From positions 1 to 56,318 of IMG/VR virus record IMGVR_UViG_3300036857_000036: a stretch of 56,318 nucleotides of DNA, one strand, 5' to 3'. Position numbers and translations under genes: made by a program. Source of the stretch: a virus. Taxonomy: Duplodnaviria; Caudoviricetes. Positions 55,401-56,318 of the stretch are shown here, in pieces (position 1 is the first letter of the stretch; every line of letters starts with the position of its first letter). Under the pieces are notes generated by a model. It was not told where the DNA came from. It was given only the letters and a program-made list of their open reading frames with translations, and did no database searches.

Positions 55401-55739
55401 CTCAACTCCAAAGATCGGCTTGATACCGGCCTTCTGAGCGGCAGCTTCCAGCTTGACGTGGCTGGACATGTTGCCGTGCTCCGTGAGCGTAATGGCGCTC
55501 ATGTTTAGCTCGACCGCGCGGCGCACGTGCGCCTCAGGCAGAGCGTAGCCATCCCCGTAGCTGAATGTAGAGTGATGATGCATACTCACCCAACGCTGCG
55601 GGTGCCTGTTCCCGTTTGCGGCCCGACGGACACCCTTCGGCTGCTTATGATGATGTCCGCCGGGCTCCAACTTGACGCGACCATGGACGTCAAGCTGCGC
55701 CTCCAAGCCCTTCTGAATTCCATGATCGCTACCGGGCAT
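52416..55739 (-). CDS. dnaE: DnaE-like family C DNA polymerase (Pol III alpha)
   Basis: PHP HHHSTFSYGDG and TEHG; RGSAAAS; FERF...PDIDID; GVHAAG; YQEQ; YAFNFAHA. Confidence 0.95.
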   Translation of the reverse strand: MPGSDHGIQKGLEAQLDVHGRVKLEPGGHHHKQPKGVRRAANGNRHPQRWVSMHHHSTFSYGDGYALPEAHVRRAVELNMSAITLTEHGNMSSHVKLEAAAQKAGIKPIFGVETYCGEIDEEHREQKKNHLTLLAEDEGGYANLLTLVSESYSKGFYYEPTVDGQMLYDRREGLVVLSGCQGSLLCTSLVGGKLVDPEYASYGRGLKIAERFSQAFPGAYYLEVQAFPELESTCALNPMIERIARKLRLPLVATLDIHYTAPTESEIQKILHNVRPGEKRTLEDMERDWGYEAPLCLPLSDRVIYRRLRQTGLSHRAAVQAILNAEELAQRCNVELPKLPDIEFPLPPGYTSARELMREWVNDGWVYRGIHRLPPSKRRAYQEQLDKEMAIIESKNYENYFLVVADGVVWCKEHGVFVGPARGSAAASLVAFLLRITEVNPLVHTNLVFERFIDESRPDLPDIDIDLDADTRWRLREYLAGKYGECFNVGTFVYYKSRNALDDVARVFRVPKWEVDVIKGQLIERSSGDLRSSATIEDTVEQFPESKKIIEKYPDLRRAQDLEGNIKGFGVHAAGLVVGHVRTVAPVIKRVIKGREVEVVAIDKWDAERQGLLKMDYLGLKAMTMINNARLELGLTMDDLYNLPLDDEPMIEIFRKGDVIGIFQFEGQAVRLLNSQIKPDNFDEICDVTSLARPGPLHNGAAEAYMNIKAGTGSPELWHPAVDRIVQDTKYQIIYQEQILRIVREIGNFDWTAAAYIRKIISKKLGDQEFNRQKSRFMEGAATIHERHPDMPPLPVSVAERVWGSCITSGSYAFNFAHACGYGKISCITAWLKAHHEAVFFACNLAAHDDDWRRNTLIRDAIRHGVEVRPPSVRRSTRTWTMVRSNGGRPAVRMGFQQLPGIGEKMADRVMEVRGERGKEHGWVNWHDMITVPGIGPAKLQAITDFVERDDPFGVFDADRRIEEAKEALWKFHIPRPTHRSIDVPYERGKQVAVTWMGVVRQRNLRDLFEVNARMGKEIDPEKIKDPDLSEFMLLVCEDEEDMMRLRIDRYKYPNFKEALWNLELDEDVVWVQGFKPSYRSAREIVVTRLVVIEVGDRRDEAEDEES

Positions 55740-55981
55740 TACTTCCAGTCCCCCACCGGCTCTGCGCGCTTGCCTGCGTGCGGCCCCTCGATGCTTAGGT
55801 CGGGATCAATAATGATCTCCGCCCTTGTCCGACCGCCGCCGCCGACTACCAGTCCGCAGTCAGCGAAGCCGTTGTCGTGGACCCAGCAGATCTCATCCCA
55901 GAAGATCGGCTCGCCACAATGACGACACGGAACGCCGTCAGGAGTCTCATCCGCGAACCGGATCACATTGTCATCGGCCAA
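55739..55981 (-). CDS. Small zinc-binding protein
   Basis: CRHCGEPI...WVH...C. Confidence 0.55.
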   Translation of the reverse strand: MADDNVIRFADETPDGVPCRHCGEPIFWDEICWVHDNGFADCGLVVGGGGRTRAEIIIDPDLSIEGPHAGKRAEPVGDWK

Positions 55982-56274
55982 GGCCAGCTCCCATCTCGGT
56001 CGCCTCGACGGAACAGGATCAAGAAGAACACGCAGTACGCAATCAAGTCGATCCCATCATCCTCTGGCTTCAGAGGGTGACCTGCGTCCGGGTCAGCGTT
56101 GAAGTAGACCCAGAGCCGATCCAGTTTCTTGCGCATCTCCACGAGCTGTGCCCGGTAGCCGCCGTTGCCCCAGGGATCGTCCTTGGGATATTCGGCAGAG
56201 CGATCCTGGTACTTCTCCATCACCTGGTCCAACACTGCGGAGAATGGATCATCAGGATCTGACGGGAGTGCCAT
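55963..56274 (-). CDS. DUF1599/Nmad1-like (nucleotide modification associated) all-alpha protein
   Basis: RSAEY...W...G......MRKKLDRL...EDDGIDLIAY; GAGGAG RBS; follows the HAD gene across the circular junction. Confidence 0.65.
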   Translation of the reverse strand: MALPSDPDDPFSAVLDQVMEKYQDRSAEYPKDDPWGNGGYRAQLVEMRKKLDRLWVYFNADPDAGHPLKPEDDGIDLIAYCVFFLILFRRGDRDGSWPWPMTM

Positions 56275-56318
56275 GCTCCTCGTGTGCTGCGAACCAGCCA
56301 TCCACACGCTCCTTGATC
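56209..56318. repeat. Terminal overlap, copy 2
   Basis: Exact copy of 1-110. Confidence 0.95.

Noticed and set aside
52416-55739. Intein or intron in dnaE, terL or the helicases
   Set aside because: Lengths are normal, motifs are contiguous and no intein junction or homing endonuclease motifs were seen.
56209-56318. 110-bp terminal direct repeat as a physical phage end
   Set aside because: It cuts through two overlapping genes and is far from terS/non-coding regions; best explained as circular assembly overlap.

Overview
The window is an apparently complete, circularly assembled genome of a GC-rich tailed dsDNA phage. It is about 56,208 bp unique, and bases 1-110 repeat at 56209-56318. Essentially all credible genes lie on the minus strand. 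Read in that direction the modules are: (i) packaging and lysis (terS, terL, membrane proteins, collagen-like protein, CHAP endolysin); (ii) Mu-like head (portal with a MuF-like C-terminal fusion, protease/scaffold, decoration, capsid); (iii) contractile myovirus tail (sheath, tube, frameshifted chaperone, tape measure, LysM, hub/lysin, baseplate, fibers); (iv) small accessory genes, including a stand-alone secreted Rpf-type transglycosylase and three secreted proteins resembling Solirubrobacterales surface proteins; (v) replication/recombination (SNF2 helicase, Cas4-like nuclease, Sak4-like ATPase, SSB with SAP domains, primase-MCM helicase, DnaE, RuvC-like); (vi) a candidate nucleotide-modification set (FAD oxidoreductase, HAD hydrolase, DUF1599/Nmad1-like, variant ThyX, MazG-like). 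No integrase, tRNA or CRISPR was seen. Non-coding signals include a 33-bp phage-specific promoter motif in 3-4 copies, an 82-bp dispersed inverted repeat, a structured 222-nt RNA candidate, two paralogous double-HTH genes sharing an operator-like site, and a repeat-rich origin-like region. All family calls come from motif recognition by eye, not from database searches.
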